Below, one piece after another: positions 53,363 to 62,093 of a DNA stretch of 64,000 nucleotides (positions are counted from its first letter, which is position 1; each line of letters begins with the position of its first letter). The DNA is taken from the NCBI GenBank assembly GCA_050175015.1, contig JBFXJJ010000006.1, positions 85,716 through 149,715 of the forward strand. Reading direction: 5' to 3'. A program made the position numbers and the translations under genes. The notes below the pieces were generated by a model. That model saw nothing but the letters and a program-made list of their open reading frames with translations. It searched no databases and had not been told where the DNA came from. This stretch comes from Alphaproteobacteria bacterium (GTDB taxonomy: Bacteria; Pseudomonadota; Alphaproteobacteria; JBFXJJ01).

Positions 53363-54205
53363 ATGAAAGTTTTAGTAACTGGTGCAACGGGATTTATTGG
53401 CAGACATCTAATAACCGAACTTTTAAAAAACAATCATCACGTTATTGCAACCGCACTTGATGACAGCAATCTTAAAACGATGCCTTGGAATAAAGAGGTT
53501 GAGTTCAAAGCTTGCGATTTAACTAATACTGACCTTACTTTTGCTGATTATTTTGGCATTCCAGATGCTTTAATTCATCTGGCTTGGGCGGGTCTTCCTA
53601 ATTATAAAGACCTTTTCCATTTTGAAAAAAACCTTCCTCAGTCTTATGACTTCATTAAACAAATGGTAAAATCTGGCTGCAAACAAGTTATGATTACAGG
53701 AACTTGCTTTGAATATGGTATGCAGGAAGGCTGTCTTAATGAGGATATGCCAACAAAACCATCTAATCCTTATGGTCTTGCCAAAGATGTTTTAAGACGT
53801 TTTTTAATGGAACTGCAAAAAAAAGAACCTTTCACCCTTAAATGGGTAAGACTTTTTTATCTTTATGGCTATGGTCAAAGTCCAAAAAGCATTTTATCTC
53901 AATTAGATAAAGCTATCAGTGATGGTGATAAAACGTTTAATATGTCTGGTGGTGAGCAGCTAAGAGACTATCTTCCTATAGAAACGGTTGCTTATAATAT
54001 GGTTAAAATTTTAGAGCATAAGAGCTTTGACGGCATAGTTAACTGCTGTAGCGGCTCGCCCATATCCATCAAAGATTTGGTTGCATCTCATATCGCAGAA
54101 AAAAATTCTGATATAAAACCTAATCTTGGTTTTTATCCTTATCCTGATTATGAACCAATGACTTTTTGGGGCGATAATACCAAATTACAAGGATTACTTA
54201 AATGA
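53363..54205 (+). CDS. NAD-dependent epimerase/4-reductase
   Basis: TGATGFIG, HLAW, TGTCFEYG, YGLAK, RLFYLYG. Confidence 0.88.
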   Translation: MKVLVTGATGFIGRHLITELLKNNHHVIATALDDSNLKTMPWNKEVEFKACDLTNTDLTFADYFGIPDALIHLAWAGLPNYKDLFHFEKNLPQSYDFIKQMVKSGCKQVMITGTCFEYGMQEGCLNEDMPTKPSNPYGLAKDVLRRFLMELQKKEPFTLKWVRLFYLYGYGQSPKSILSQLDKAISDGDKTFNMSGGEQLRDYLPIETVAYNMVKILEHKSFDGIVNCCSGSPISIKDLVASHIAEKNSDIKPNLGFYPYPDYEPMTFWGDNTKLQGLLK

Positions 54206-54780
54206 GATTATTTAAGAAAAAAAACAAAGCTAAATCTAACCCCTATATAACAATTGGCAGACATACTTATGGCGTTGAAAATGACACCATTTTCAATCCT
54301 TCGGCTAAAGCTCCTGTAACTATCGGCAATTTTTGTTCTTTTGCCAAAGGAGCTGTTATTTTAGCTCACGGCGATCACCCTTTAAATCTGCCGTCAACGT
54401 TTCCTTTTAAAACTCTTATGTTTCAAGCAACCCCGATTACAAACTATGATGCAATAACCAAAGGTGCGGTAAATATTGGACACGATGTCTGGGTCTGCCG
54501 CAATGCGGTTATATTGTCAGGAGTAACCATTGGAACAGGCGCCGTTATAGGAGCTGGCGCTGTTGTAAGCAAAGATGTTCCGCCTTATGCTATTGTCTGC
54601 GGCAATCCTGCTGAAATCATAAAATACCGCTTTGATGAAAACACCATAAAAGAACTACTTGATTCTAAGTGGTGGCTTTTGCCAGATAATGCCATCAAAA
54701 CTTTGGAAAAAGAATTATATCAAACTGATATTAAAGCCTTTATCGCCGCTGTAAAAAATTGGGAAAGGGAAAACAAATAA
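54202..54780 (+). CDS. CatB/Vat-like hexapeptide O-acetyltransferase
   Basis: IGNFCS, STFPF, IGHDVW...A.ILSGVTIG.GAVIGAGAVVSKDVPPYAIV.GNPA...KYRF. Confidence 0.9.
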   Translation: MRLFKKKNKAKSNPYITIGRHTYGVENDTIFNPSAKAPVTIGNFCSFAKGAVILAHGDHPLNLPSTFPFKTLMFQATPITNYDAITKGAVNIGHDVWVCRNAVILSGVTIGTGAVIGAGAVVSKDVPPYAIVCGNPAEIIKYRFDENTIKELLDSKWWLLPDNAIKTLEKELYQTDIKAFIAAVKNWERENK

Positions 54781-54781
54781 T

Positions 54782-55627
54782 ATGGCAAAAGTTACGGTTG
54801 GACTTCCTGTTTATAATGGCGATAAATACTTGGATAAGGCTCTAGAATCATTATGCTGTCAAAGCTTTGACGATTTTGAAATTTTAATCTCTGATAACGC
54901 CTCGACAGATAAAACCCCTGATATTATTTCTAAGTGGCAAGAACAAAGCTCCAAAATAAAGTATTTCCGCCAAAATGAGAATCTCGGAATGGTTGGCAAC
55001 TTTGACTGGGTTTTTAACAATGCCTCATCACCGTTTTTTATCTTGGCGGCTCACGATGATCTCTGGTCAAAAGATTATGTAAAAGAACTCTATGAAACAA
55101 TGGTCAGTAATGATGGCTGCCTCTTAGCTGTACCCAAGGTTATTAAAACTAATCCTGATGGCAGTGAAAATTTAGTAACCCCTTTTAATGACAGAATTGA
55201 TGAATATAAAGGCACCAAAAGAGTAAAAAAACTTTTGCGCTGGGCTCAAAGCGGCTGGGTTTATGGCATCTTTAATAAAGAAGAGCTGATAAAAGCTAAT
55301 AAGGCAACCAAAGTTTATGGTTTTGCTTGGGGAAACGAATTTATTACTATGCTGCCTTTTTTATTGTCAGGAAAAGTTTTTGGTAACAACAACGCTATTT
55401 ATTACCAAAGACAAACAGGGCTTTCGGAAGATAGATACAAACCTAAAAATTTAAAAGAGCAGTATAAGCTTTATAAATCTTTTTTAAGAGAAAGCTTAAA
55501 CATTCTCAAAACATCAAAGCATTCGGCAATAGCTAAAGCCAGACTGTTTTTTGCTATTTTAAAATATACCGATAAACACGCTTGGAAAATAAGAAGACTT
55601 ATCCGCTCTCTTGTTTTTTTCAAGTAA
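54782..55627 (+). CDS. Glycosyltransferase family 2
   Basis: VGLPVYNG, ISDNASTD, ENLG...NF, AAHDD.W. Confidence 0.9.
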   Translation: MAKVTVGLPVYNGDKYLDKALESLCCQSFDDFEILISDNASTDKTPDIISKWQEQSSKIKYFRQNENLGMVGNFDWVFNNASSPFFILAAHDDLWSKDYVKELYETMVSNDGCLLAVPKVIKTNPDGSENLVTPFNDRIDEYKGTKRVKKLLRWAQSGWVYGIFNKEELIKANKATKVYGFAWGNEFITMLPFLLSGKVFGNNNAIYYQRQTGLSEDRYKPKNLKEQYKLYKSFLRESLNILKTSKHSAIAKARLFFAILKYTDKHAWKIRRLIRSLVFFK

Positions 55628-56038
55628 TGTTATCTGTCATATGGCAGTCAAAAAAATTGCCTTGCGAATCAATGCCTTTTAAAAAAACAATCTTTAAAAA
55701 AAGAAAACCGTTGTTTTTAGAGCATTGTGCATTTAATTGTACGCACCTTTTTATTTTGCCTTACGGCAAATGTCTGCCGACAGCTTTGCTTTTATAAAAG
55801 CAAAGGCAAAACTTTTATTATTCTTAACTCTTTTTGTAAACAAAGATTTGAAAGTAATAAAAATAGTTTTTTGAGATTGCTAAGGATTTTTTTTACAAAA
55901 AAAATCTTAGTTTGCGTAAGCAAATTTTTAAATAAAGCGATTCTATTTAAAGGAACATTGCTTTTAAAAATGCAATTACCTGTTTCTAAAAAAACATTTC
56001 TTAAAAACAGGTAATTATAGCAATTTATATTTCTAATA

Positions 56039-57064
56039 TTATGAAGCGCAGATGTGTTTTAATGGCTCAACTTGCTCGGTTGAATGATAAATGCCATGGC
56101 GCTCCAAAGACGCCGTTACAATCCTTTTTATCAATTCATTAAAAGTCATGCCTGTCATATTAGCCATAATAACTAAATCTGAACGAGTAGGATTAAGCCC
56201 TGCTAAAGGATTTACTTCAAGAAAATGAGGTATCCCATATTTATCAGATCTCAAATCAACCCTGCCGCCGTCTCTACAGTCAAGAAGCCTCCAAGCATCT
56301 AAAGCGGTTTTGGCTGCAAGCTGTGCTTCGGGGTCATCGACCAAACGATAAGTCACTCTATCTTCATATTTTTCCTTATTTTCATAAGAATAGCCTATGG
56401 CGTCAGCTTTTTTACCTAAGATAATTTCCATAACTCCGATAACTTGAGCTTTTTCACCATTACCAACAACGCCAACAGTGAACTCACGACCTTCAAGATA
56501 AGATTCAACAATTACTGGCTGGTTAAACCTTTTTAAAAGCTTAGCGCAAGTTCTAATAAGCTGTTTGCTGTTCTTGACACAAGATGCCGAATTAATACCT
56601 TTACCGGTTCCCTCAGCAACAGGTTTTACAAAAACAGGAAAATTTAAATTAACCTTTTTAGCATCGTCCATCGTCTTAACGACTTCAAACTTTGCGGTAC
56701 TGACATTGTGGTCGCATAAAATCCTTTTGGTAAGACCTTTATCAAGGCAAACCGCCAAAGTTAATGGCGATGAAAAACAAAAAGGAATATCATAAGCCTC
56801 CAAAAGAGCTGGCACAACAGATTCCCTAGCTCCTCCTCTAAGTCCTTCACAGATATTAAAAACAAAGTCCCAGCGATTGCCGATAGCTAAGTTTCTAACT
56901 AACTGCTGAACATTTCCAATTCTCTCAACTTCGAACCCCATATTTTCAAGAGCTGAAGTAATCCCGTCAATAGTTTCTGGGCAGTCAAATTCTGCCGTTT
57001 CTTCTTTTGTGTAACCTTTTGCAAGATAATCATTACGAAGGTCATAAGTAAAGCCTATACGCAT
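56039..57064 (-). CDS. Ddl-like ATP-grasp ligase (not a canonical D-Ala-D-Ala ligase)
   Basis: FNICEG..G..RES, CLDK, FVKPVAEGTGKGI, YLEGREFTVG, GRVD.R, EVNPLAGL; lacks the Ddl motifs GG.S.EH and LHG..GEDG. Confidence 0.88.
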   Translation of the reverse strand: MRIGFTYDLRNDYLAKGYTKEETAEFDCPETIDGITSALENMGFEVERIGNVQQLVRNLAIGNRWDFVFNICEGLRGGARESVVPALLEAYDIPFCFSSPLTLAVCLDKGLTKRILCDHNVSTAKFEVVKTMDDAKKVNLNFPVFVKPVAEGTGKGINSASCVKNSKQLIRTCAKLLKRFNQPVIVESYLEGREFTVGVVGNGEKAQVIGVMEIILGKKADAIGYSYENKEKYEDRVTYRLVDDPEAQLAAKTALDAWRLLDCRDGGRVDLRSDKYGIPHFLEVNPLAGLNPTRSDLVIMANMTGMTFNELIKRIVTASLERHGIYHSTEQVEPLKHICAS

Positions 57065-57076
57065 TTTGCACCTAAA

Positions 57077-57418
57077 TTAAGCTATATGTTTGATTGTTAA
57101 TAAGAACATAAAAATAGCCCCATGCAACAAAACCCGACTGACTAATCGGGCTTTTTTAAACAAGAGGCTACAAATATTGACATTTTGGGATCTAAAATAC
57201 TTACTAGGAAAGCATTTGATTGAACCAAATACATTCCAATATAAATACGTTAGCTCGTAAATTATTTTATGAGAAAATTTACTGTAGAAAACAGATTTTT
57301 CTGTCGATTTAATCCTAGCAAAGTCTGGAGGTTCTATATCGCCAGAGTCTGGAGGTTCTTCTTCAGAAGACTCACACTGCGGAGGCTCTCCATCTGACAT
57401 CGAAACCATATCTTCCAT
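57077..57418 (-). CDS. Short ORF with a triple acidic EPP repeat (putative leader or precursor peptide)
   Basis: MEDMVSMSDGEPPQCESSEEEPPDSGDIEPPDF...; AGGA upstream of the start; stops 12 nt before the ATP-grasp start. The C-terminal half looks less protein-like. Confidence 0.5.
   Translation of the reverse strand: MEDMVSMSDGEPPQCESSEEEPPDSGDIEPPDFARIKSTEKSVFYSKFSHKIIYELTYLYWNVFGSIKCFPSKYFRSQNVNICSLLFKKARLVSRVLLHGAIFMFLLTIKHIA
57129..57157. terminator. Terminator-like hairpin inside the EPP ORF, upstream of the ATP-grasp gene
   Basis: aaaa-cccga-ctgactaa-tcggg-ctttttt; the minus strand reads GCCCGA..TCGGGT-TTTGTT. Confidence 0.5.
57322..57389 (-). repeat. Direct repeats encoding EPP(D)
   Basis: agtctggaggttct at 57322-57335 and 57346-57359 (exact, 14 bp), plus degenerate tgcggaggctct at 57378-57389. 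Confidence 0.8.
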
Positions 57419-57526
57419 AATAAAAAAAGTATCCTAATAAAATAGTTAATTACTTTAAAAAAATATTTAGCATAACGATATTTTTATACTATATATAAAA
57501 AAACATTATACACAAAAAAAAGCAAA

Positions 57527-58534
57527 ATGATAATGAACTTTGTAAATAATTCTAAAAATATTATTATTGTTCACGGTGCAGATGAAGAGCGTCTTACAAA
57601 AGATGAAGAGGACACTATTAATCAGGCTTTGGAAATAAAAGAGACGGTAAATAAAATAGGATTAAATGCTGATATTTATAACCTTAAAATACCGTTCAAA
57701 AAAAATATGAACCACTTAAAAAATGGTTCTCATCATTTAATTTTCAACCTTGTTGAAGCTATTAAAGGTAAAGGAAAATATTCCCATCTAGCACCAGCAC
57801 TGTTTGATAAAATGCAGATTCCTTATACTGGGAATAACAGCAATGCGATTAGAATAACCTCCAACAAAATTCTAACAAAAGAAATTTTAAACCAAAACAA
57901 TATCCCGACTCCTCATTGGCTTTATGGCGACGATGTTGAGGAATTTGACTCTCCATATATTGTCAAATCTGTTACAGAAGATGCATCAATCGGTATCGAT
58001 ATGAATTCTGTCGTCTACAGTAAAAGTGAAATGCAGAATTTAATAATAGATAAAACTAATACCTTTGGAGGAAGATGGTTTGCTGAACAGTATATCGACG
58101 GCAGAGAATTTAATATTTCCATCTTAGAACAAGACGGAAATCCATTTGTTATGCCGTGCGCAGAAATCGTTTTTGACAGCGTCTATAACAACCATCATAA
58201 AATAGTTGACTATGCCTCAAAATGGGAAGAAAACAGTGTATTTTATAAAGCAAGCCGTAGAGTATTCCCTGAAGAAGAACGTGTTTTGTTTGATAAACTT
58301 CGGGAAATATGTATCAAATGCTGGAAAATATTTGGTCTTTCAGGATACGCCAGAATTGACTTCAGAGTAGATAAAAACGAAAATCCTCTAGTTTTAGAAA
58401 TAAACACAAATCCTTGCCTTGCTCAAGACGCAGGTTTTGCACAAGCCTGTCTTCAAAAAGGAATTGAATACCACAATTTGATAAGATATATTTTAAAATC
58501 TGCAACTTTTTCAAAGGAAAAAACAAATGAGTAG
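57527..58534 (+). CDS. Second Ddl-like ATP-grasp ligase
   Basis: FNLVEA, PYTG, IVKS..EDAS.GID, YIDGREFNI, YASKW, GYARIDFR, LEINTNPCL. Confidence 0.88.
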   Translation: MIMNFVNNSKNIIIVHGADEERLTKDEEDTINQALEIKETVNKIGLNADIYNLKIPFKKNMNHLKNGSHHLIFNLVEAIKGKGKYSHLAPALFDKMQIPYTGNNSNAIRITSNKILTKEILNQNNIPTPHWLYGDDVEEFDSPYIVKSVTEDASIGIDMNSVVYSKSEMQNLIIDKTNTFGGRWFAEQYIDGREFNISILEQDGNPFVMPCAEIVFDSVYNNHHKIVDYASKWEENSVFYKASRRVFPEEERVLFDKLREICIKCWKIFGLSGYARIDFRVDKNENPLVLEINTNPCLAQDAGFAQACLQKGIEYHNLIRYILKSATFSKEKTNE

Positions 58535-59012
58535 CGAGATTTATCTTCGTACTAATATCAAAAAAACTGATGCTGAAGACATTGCCAATATAATTGCTAA
58601 AACTGGGGTATTCATAGATGAAGATGTTCTTCTTGCTAAAGAAGTCGCAGATGAAACTATTGAAAAAGGCAGCGAAGCTGGATATGGTTTTGTCTTTGCC
58701 GAAGTCGACGGTAAAGTTGTAGGTTATAGCTGCTATGGCGATATTCCAACTACCGAAAATCGTTATGACCTATATTGGATAGCCGTACTTCCTGAGTTTC
58801 AAAAGCAACATATCGGTTCCAAAATTTTAAAATATACCGAAGAAATTATCGCCTCAATAAACGGTAAACATATTTATATTGAAACATCATCAACTTCTAA
58901 GTTTGAAAAAACTAGAAAATTTTACATAAAAAACAATTATACTGAAGCTGTTGTTTTAGATGACTTTTTCCGTGATGGTGATGGCAAAGTTATATACGTC
59001 AAAAAATTCTAA
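58527..59012 (+). CDS. GNAT N-acetyltransferase coupled to the ATP-grasp gene
   Basis: GY.CYG.IP.T...YDLYWIAV, ETSS...TR.FY, DFF.DGDGK; overlaps the ATP-grasp stop. Confidence 0.9.
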   Translation: MSSEIYLRTNIKKTDAEDIANIIAKTGVFIDEDVLLAKEVADETIEKGSEAGYGFVFAEVDGKVVGYSCYGDIPTTENRYDLYWIAVLPEFQKQHIGSKILKYTEEIIASINGKHIYIETSSTSKFEKTRKFYIKNNYTEAVVLDDFFRDGDGKVIYVKKF

Positions 59013-59102
59013 TTCAAAGAATTAGCGCCACCATATATCATTCGCTAAATAAATCCTTTTTAGAGCATATTTCATTTATGCCCTATCCATTTTGATTAAA
59101 CC

Positions 59103-59136
59103 AAAAAGAAAGGCAGAAAATAGTTTTCTGCCTTCT
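59103..59136. terminator. Terminator between convergent genes
   Basis: aaaaagaaaggcagaaaa-tag-ttttctgccttct. Confidence 0.75.
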
Positions 59137-59163
59137 AATTAGAGCAATTTGCTTTTTTATATC

Positions 59164-59589
59164 TTATATTTTGCCTAAATCTTCATCAAAATCAGAAAGA
59201 GCCCTTTCTAACCTTGTCGCTAAGATGCTTATTTTCTCACATCTGTCTTCTAAATCTGAAGGCAAAGCCTTATCATCATCGACATCAGCAAAATCCATCA
59301 TTTCATTTATCGCATTTAAGATGTTGGCTCCAAGTTCGTCTTCCGCTAAATTGATGAGACTTTTATTGAAGAATTTTTCAGATAAATCATCAGCTTTAGC
59401 ATATACAACAGCTAAACTACCTCTTATTGATGAAAAACGGCTGCGAATATCTTCTTCAGATAATTCATTAATATTAACCTCATCTGTACTGTCGAAAATT
59501 CTTTTGATATTGAAATAAGCCTCTGCTAACTCAGGTCTATTCGTAAAAGTTTTTTCAAACTCATAAATATCAGCCGTCTCTAAACTCAT
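59164..59589 (-). CDS. Hypothetical acidic helical protein
   Basis: 141 aa, D/E-rich; ATGA overlap with the upstream helicase. Confidence 0.7.
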   Translation of the reverse strand: MSLETADIYEFEKTFTNRPELAEAYFNIKRIFDSTDEVNINELSEEDIRSRFSSIRGSLAVVYAKADDLSEKFFNKSLINLAEDELGANILNAINEMMDFADVDDDKALPSDLEDRCEKISILATRLERALSDFDEDLGKI

Positions 59590-61409
59590 CTTGAAGCTCC
59601 TTTAAGATATTTATGTTTTAATACCAACTTAGGAGCAATATCAATAACATTATCTTTATCATTACGAATTGATGCATCTTTTGCTAACGTTTCAAGATCA
59701 GGATAAACAGATTTATCAATCACGACAGAAACACGTCTTTGATGTCTAGTCATAGCAACCATCATTTCTGCTAAATCAACTTTGCGGTCAACCCCGACAA
59801 AAGCCCGTTCTTTCGACATACCCTGAGATGTCCTAACATCAACACAATAAGAATAATTTAAAGCATCAAGATGTTCTTTCTCAAGTTTTACCAATCTATT
59901 ATCTTCAAGCCTAACAGAAATATTCCCTTCCTTTGAAATATTTTCTATTGTACCCGTAGTTCCTGAGCTGACTTTCTGCCTATGTTCACCTTCAACAACA
60001 ACTTTTTCTGAAAAAATAACTTTTTCAGAAACACCAAATTCCTTATGAGAACCTTTAGCTGTTTCAAAAAGTCTTGAATCTGTAATTGCTCCGATTTTTT
60101 TCAAACCTTCTCTGATTTCGTGGTTAACTTTTTTAGCTCCTGTTCTATCTATCGTTATCGCAACGGCATCTTCCGGCTTAGGTTCGATTCCTGTATCAGC
60201 ATAGACTTCAACACTTTCAAGAATAATAGGTCTGTTTTCATACCAATCAAGATAGCTTTTAGCTACTCCAGATAAGGTTTCATCACTATTTTCGGCGAAT
60301 TTAATCGGATTATATGTTAACTTGTCACTAGGTGTTTTTCCCGCTTTTACATTTTCTTCAAAATCTTTACGGCTTACATCGGTATAAGATTTGCTATCAT
60401 AAATTTTAAGTCCACGTAAAGCATCACCACCTCTAAATGCTTCAGAAGCAATCTTTTCATCTTGAGCTTTTTGTCTTAAGGTCTGAGTTAAATACGATGG
60501 TTTAATTTCACCACTATCTCTCATATACTCCGTTAATATTCTGTAAGGCTCTCCACCTTCAGAAGGAGGAAGCTGTTTAGCGTCACCCATAAGTATCAGT
60601 CTTACTTTGGATTTTTCTGCGGCCTCTAAAAGTTTCGCCATATTATGAGTTCCAAGCATACCAGCTTCATCAACAACAACAAAACAGCCTTCGCTAATTT
60701 TTCCGTTGTTCATTCCACGAATAATGCCATCGAGACTCCCGCCCTTTACTTTGCTCTTATCTGCATCATAAGTTGCTTTATAAATATCGCTATACATAGC
60801 ACTAGCAGCTTTATCGGTTGAACCGGTCGCAAAAATATTAGGAACACCTCTTTTGGTTTTTGCAAGGGCTCTAGTAACACCTTCAAGTACAGTTGACTTT
60901 CCTGAGCCAGGAGGTCCATCAATAATCTTCAAGTCACCCTTATCAAGCAAATCTCTAATAGCATTAAGCTTGCCATCATTTGCCTCAGAGCCATAAAATT
61001 CTCTATTAAACTCTCTAAAATCTTGTGCTGCTTGTTCTCTTTCTTCTTCAGAAAGTCCGTTTTTGCCATTATTCGCAATACGCTTGCTTATTTCAATAAT
61101 CTTAGCTTCATCTTCAATGATTTGCTTTGTTGTATAAGTCTCTCTTCCGTCTTTTTGAGGAACTTTAACAAAAATATCACTTCTTTTTTTAAGAACTTCT
61201 GAAGTTTTAGCTTTGGCAATATTGCTTATAATTGATGACCAATTTTTCGTACTCGTATTATCTGGCCTATCCTGTTTAAGTTCTCTATATGCCCTGACAA
61301 AAACAGCTCCATAAAGGAGCTTCTCATCAAAAATAGACTTTACACTAGTAATATCATCAACAGCCTTAAGAACTATTGAATCAAATTTCTGCTGAAGAGT
61401 CTTAGCCAT
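59586..61409 (-). CDS. SF1B helicase, TraA/RecD2-like (AAA_30), without a relaxase domain
   Basis: DGPPGSGKST, VVDEAGM, MGDAKQLPP, RQ, SQG.S, VAMTRH. Confidence 0.82.
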   Translation of the reverse strand: MAKTLQQKFDSIVLKAVDDITSVKSIFDEKLLYGAVFVRAYRELKQDRPDNTSTKNWSSIISNIAKAKTSEVLKKRSDIFVKVPQKDGRETYTTKQIIEDEAKIIEISKRIANNGKNGLSEEEREQAAQDFREFNREFYGSEANDGKLNAIRDLLDKGDLKIIDGPPGSGKSTVLEGVTRALAKTKRGVPNIFATGSTDKAASAMYSDIYKATYDADKSKVKGGSLDGIIRGMNNGKISEGCFVVVDEAGMLGTHNMAKLLEAAEKSKVRLILMGDAKQLPPSEGGEPYRILTEYMRDSGEIKPSYLTQTLRQKAQDEKIASEAFRGGDALRGLKIYDSKSYTDVSRKDFEENVKAGKTPSDKLTYNPIKFAENSDETLSGVAKSYLDWYENRPIILESVEVYADTGIEPKPEDAVAITIDRTGAKKVNHEIREGLKKIGAITDSRLFETAKGSHKEFGVSEKVIFSEKVVVEGEHRQKVSSGTTGTIENISKEGNISVRLEDNRLVKLEKEHLDALNYSYCVDVRTSQGMSKERAFVGVDRKVDLAEMMVAMTRHQRRVSVVIDKSVYPDLETLAKDASIRNDKDNVIDIAPKLVLKHKYLKGASR

Positions 61410-61451
61410 TTTTTCACCTTAAAAAATTTACTGTTATTATTATTTTATTTA

Positions 61452-61479
61452 ATTTTAACCTACTATTGGTTTTTGTCAA
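61452..61479 (-). promoter_or_regulatory. Sigma70-like promoter for the helicase pair
   Basis: Minus strand TTGACA-N16-TAAAAT, about 40 nt upstream of the ATG. Confidence 0.5.
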
Positions 61480-61533
61480 CATTTTTTCAACACAGTCTAA
61501 AAAGATACTGCCATTTTCAATACACACTAAAAC

Positions 61534-61992
61534 TTAAAAATCATTACCCGCGATATCTTCGTCCCAAACATCAGGCTTCTCCGCAATAAACCTTGCCATA
61601 AGCTTCTTACAGTCATCATCGTCCATAAGCACAATCTTAACCCCACGGGATTCTAGAAAATCAATATTGCCTTTAAAATTAATATCTTCCCCAACGACCA
61701 CTTGCTTAATGCCGAATTGAACAATAGCACCAGAACACATCATACAAGGGCTTAAGGTTGTATAAAGAGTAACATCATCATAACGGCGGCGCCTTCCAGC
61801 TTTTCGGATACAATCCATTTCACCGTGAGCTATGGGATCTCCTTGTTGTTCTCTTTGATTCCGTCCTGTTGCAATTATTTCACCTGTAATATTGCTAACC
61901 ATAGCAGCACCGATTGGCAAACCACCTTCATTATAACCTGCCAAAGCCTGCTCATATGCTGCTCGCATAAATTTTTTATGATTAAGTTCCAC
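61534..61992 (-). CDS. Cytosine/nucleoside deaminase (yeast FCY1-like CDA fold)
   Basis: EGGLPIG, HGEMDC, YTTLSPCMMC, W.EDI; GTG start at 61992 after GAAAGG. Confidence 0.88.
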   Translation of the reverse strand: MELNHKKFMRAAYEQALAGYNEGGLPIGAAMVSNITGEIIATGRNQREQQGDPIAHGEMDCIRKAGRRRRYDDVTLYTTLSPCMMCSGAIVQFGIKQVVVGEDINFKGNIDFLESRGVKIVLMDDDDCKKLMARFIAEKPDVWDEDIAGNDF

Positions 61993-62093
61993 ACTCAAAC
62001 CTTTCAAAAAACCTAAGGCATAATAATTATGGAAAAGATATTAAAGAAAAGCATTTAAAAATAAAGCTCTTTTTAGCTAATCAAACCTTTTTA

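Noticed and set aside
54202-54780. Chloramphenicol/streptogramin resistance gene (catB/vat)
   Set aside because: It is embedded in and overlaps a sugar-biosynthesis operon, so a sugar O-acetyltransferase is more likely.
55582-56014. ORFs 55582-55797 and 55727-56014
   Set aside because: TTG starts and K/F/L-rich low-complexity translations of AT-rich intergenic DNA; probably spurious.
57322-57389. CRISPR-like repeat
   Set aside because: Only 2-3 short in-frame 12-14 bp repeats with 10-18 nt spacing and no cas genes; they are coding repeats.
56039-58534. Canonical ddl or van-type glycopeptide resistance ligases
   Set aside because: The D-Ala-binding motifs (GG.S.EH, LHG..GEDG) are absent, and there is no mur/fts or vanH/X context.
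59586-61409. Integrated conjugative element or plasmid
   Set aside because: No relaxase domain, integrase, T4SS genes, att repeats or tRNA target are visible.
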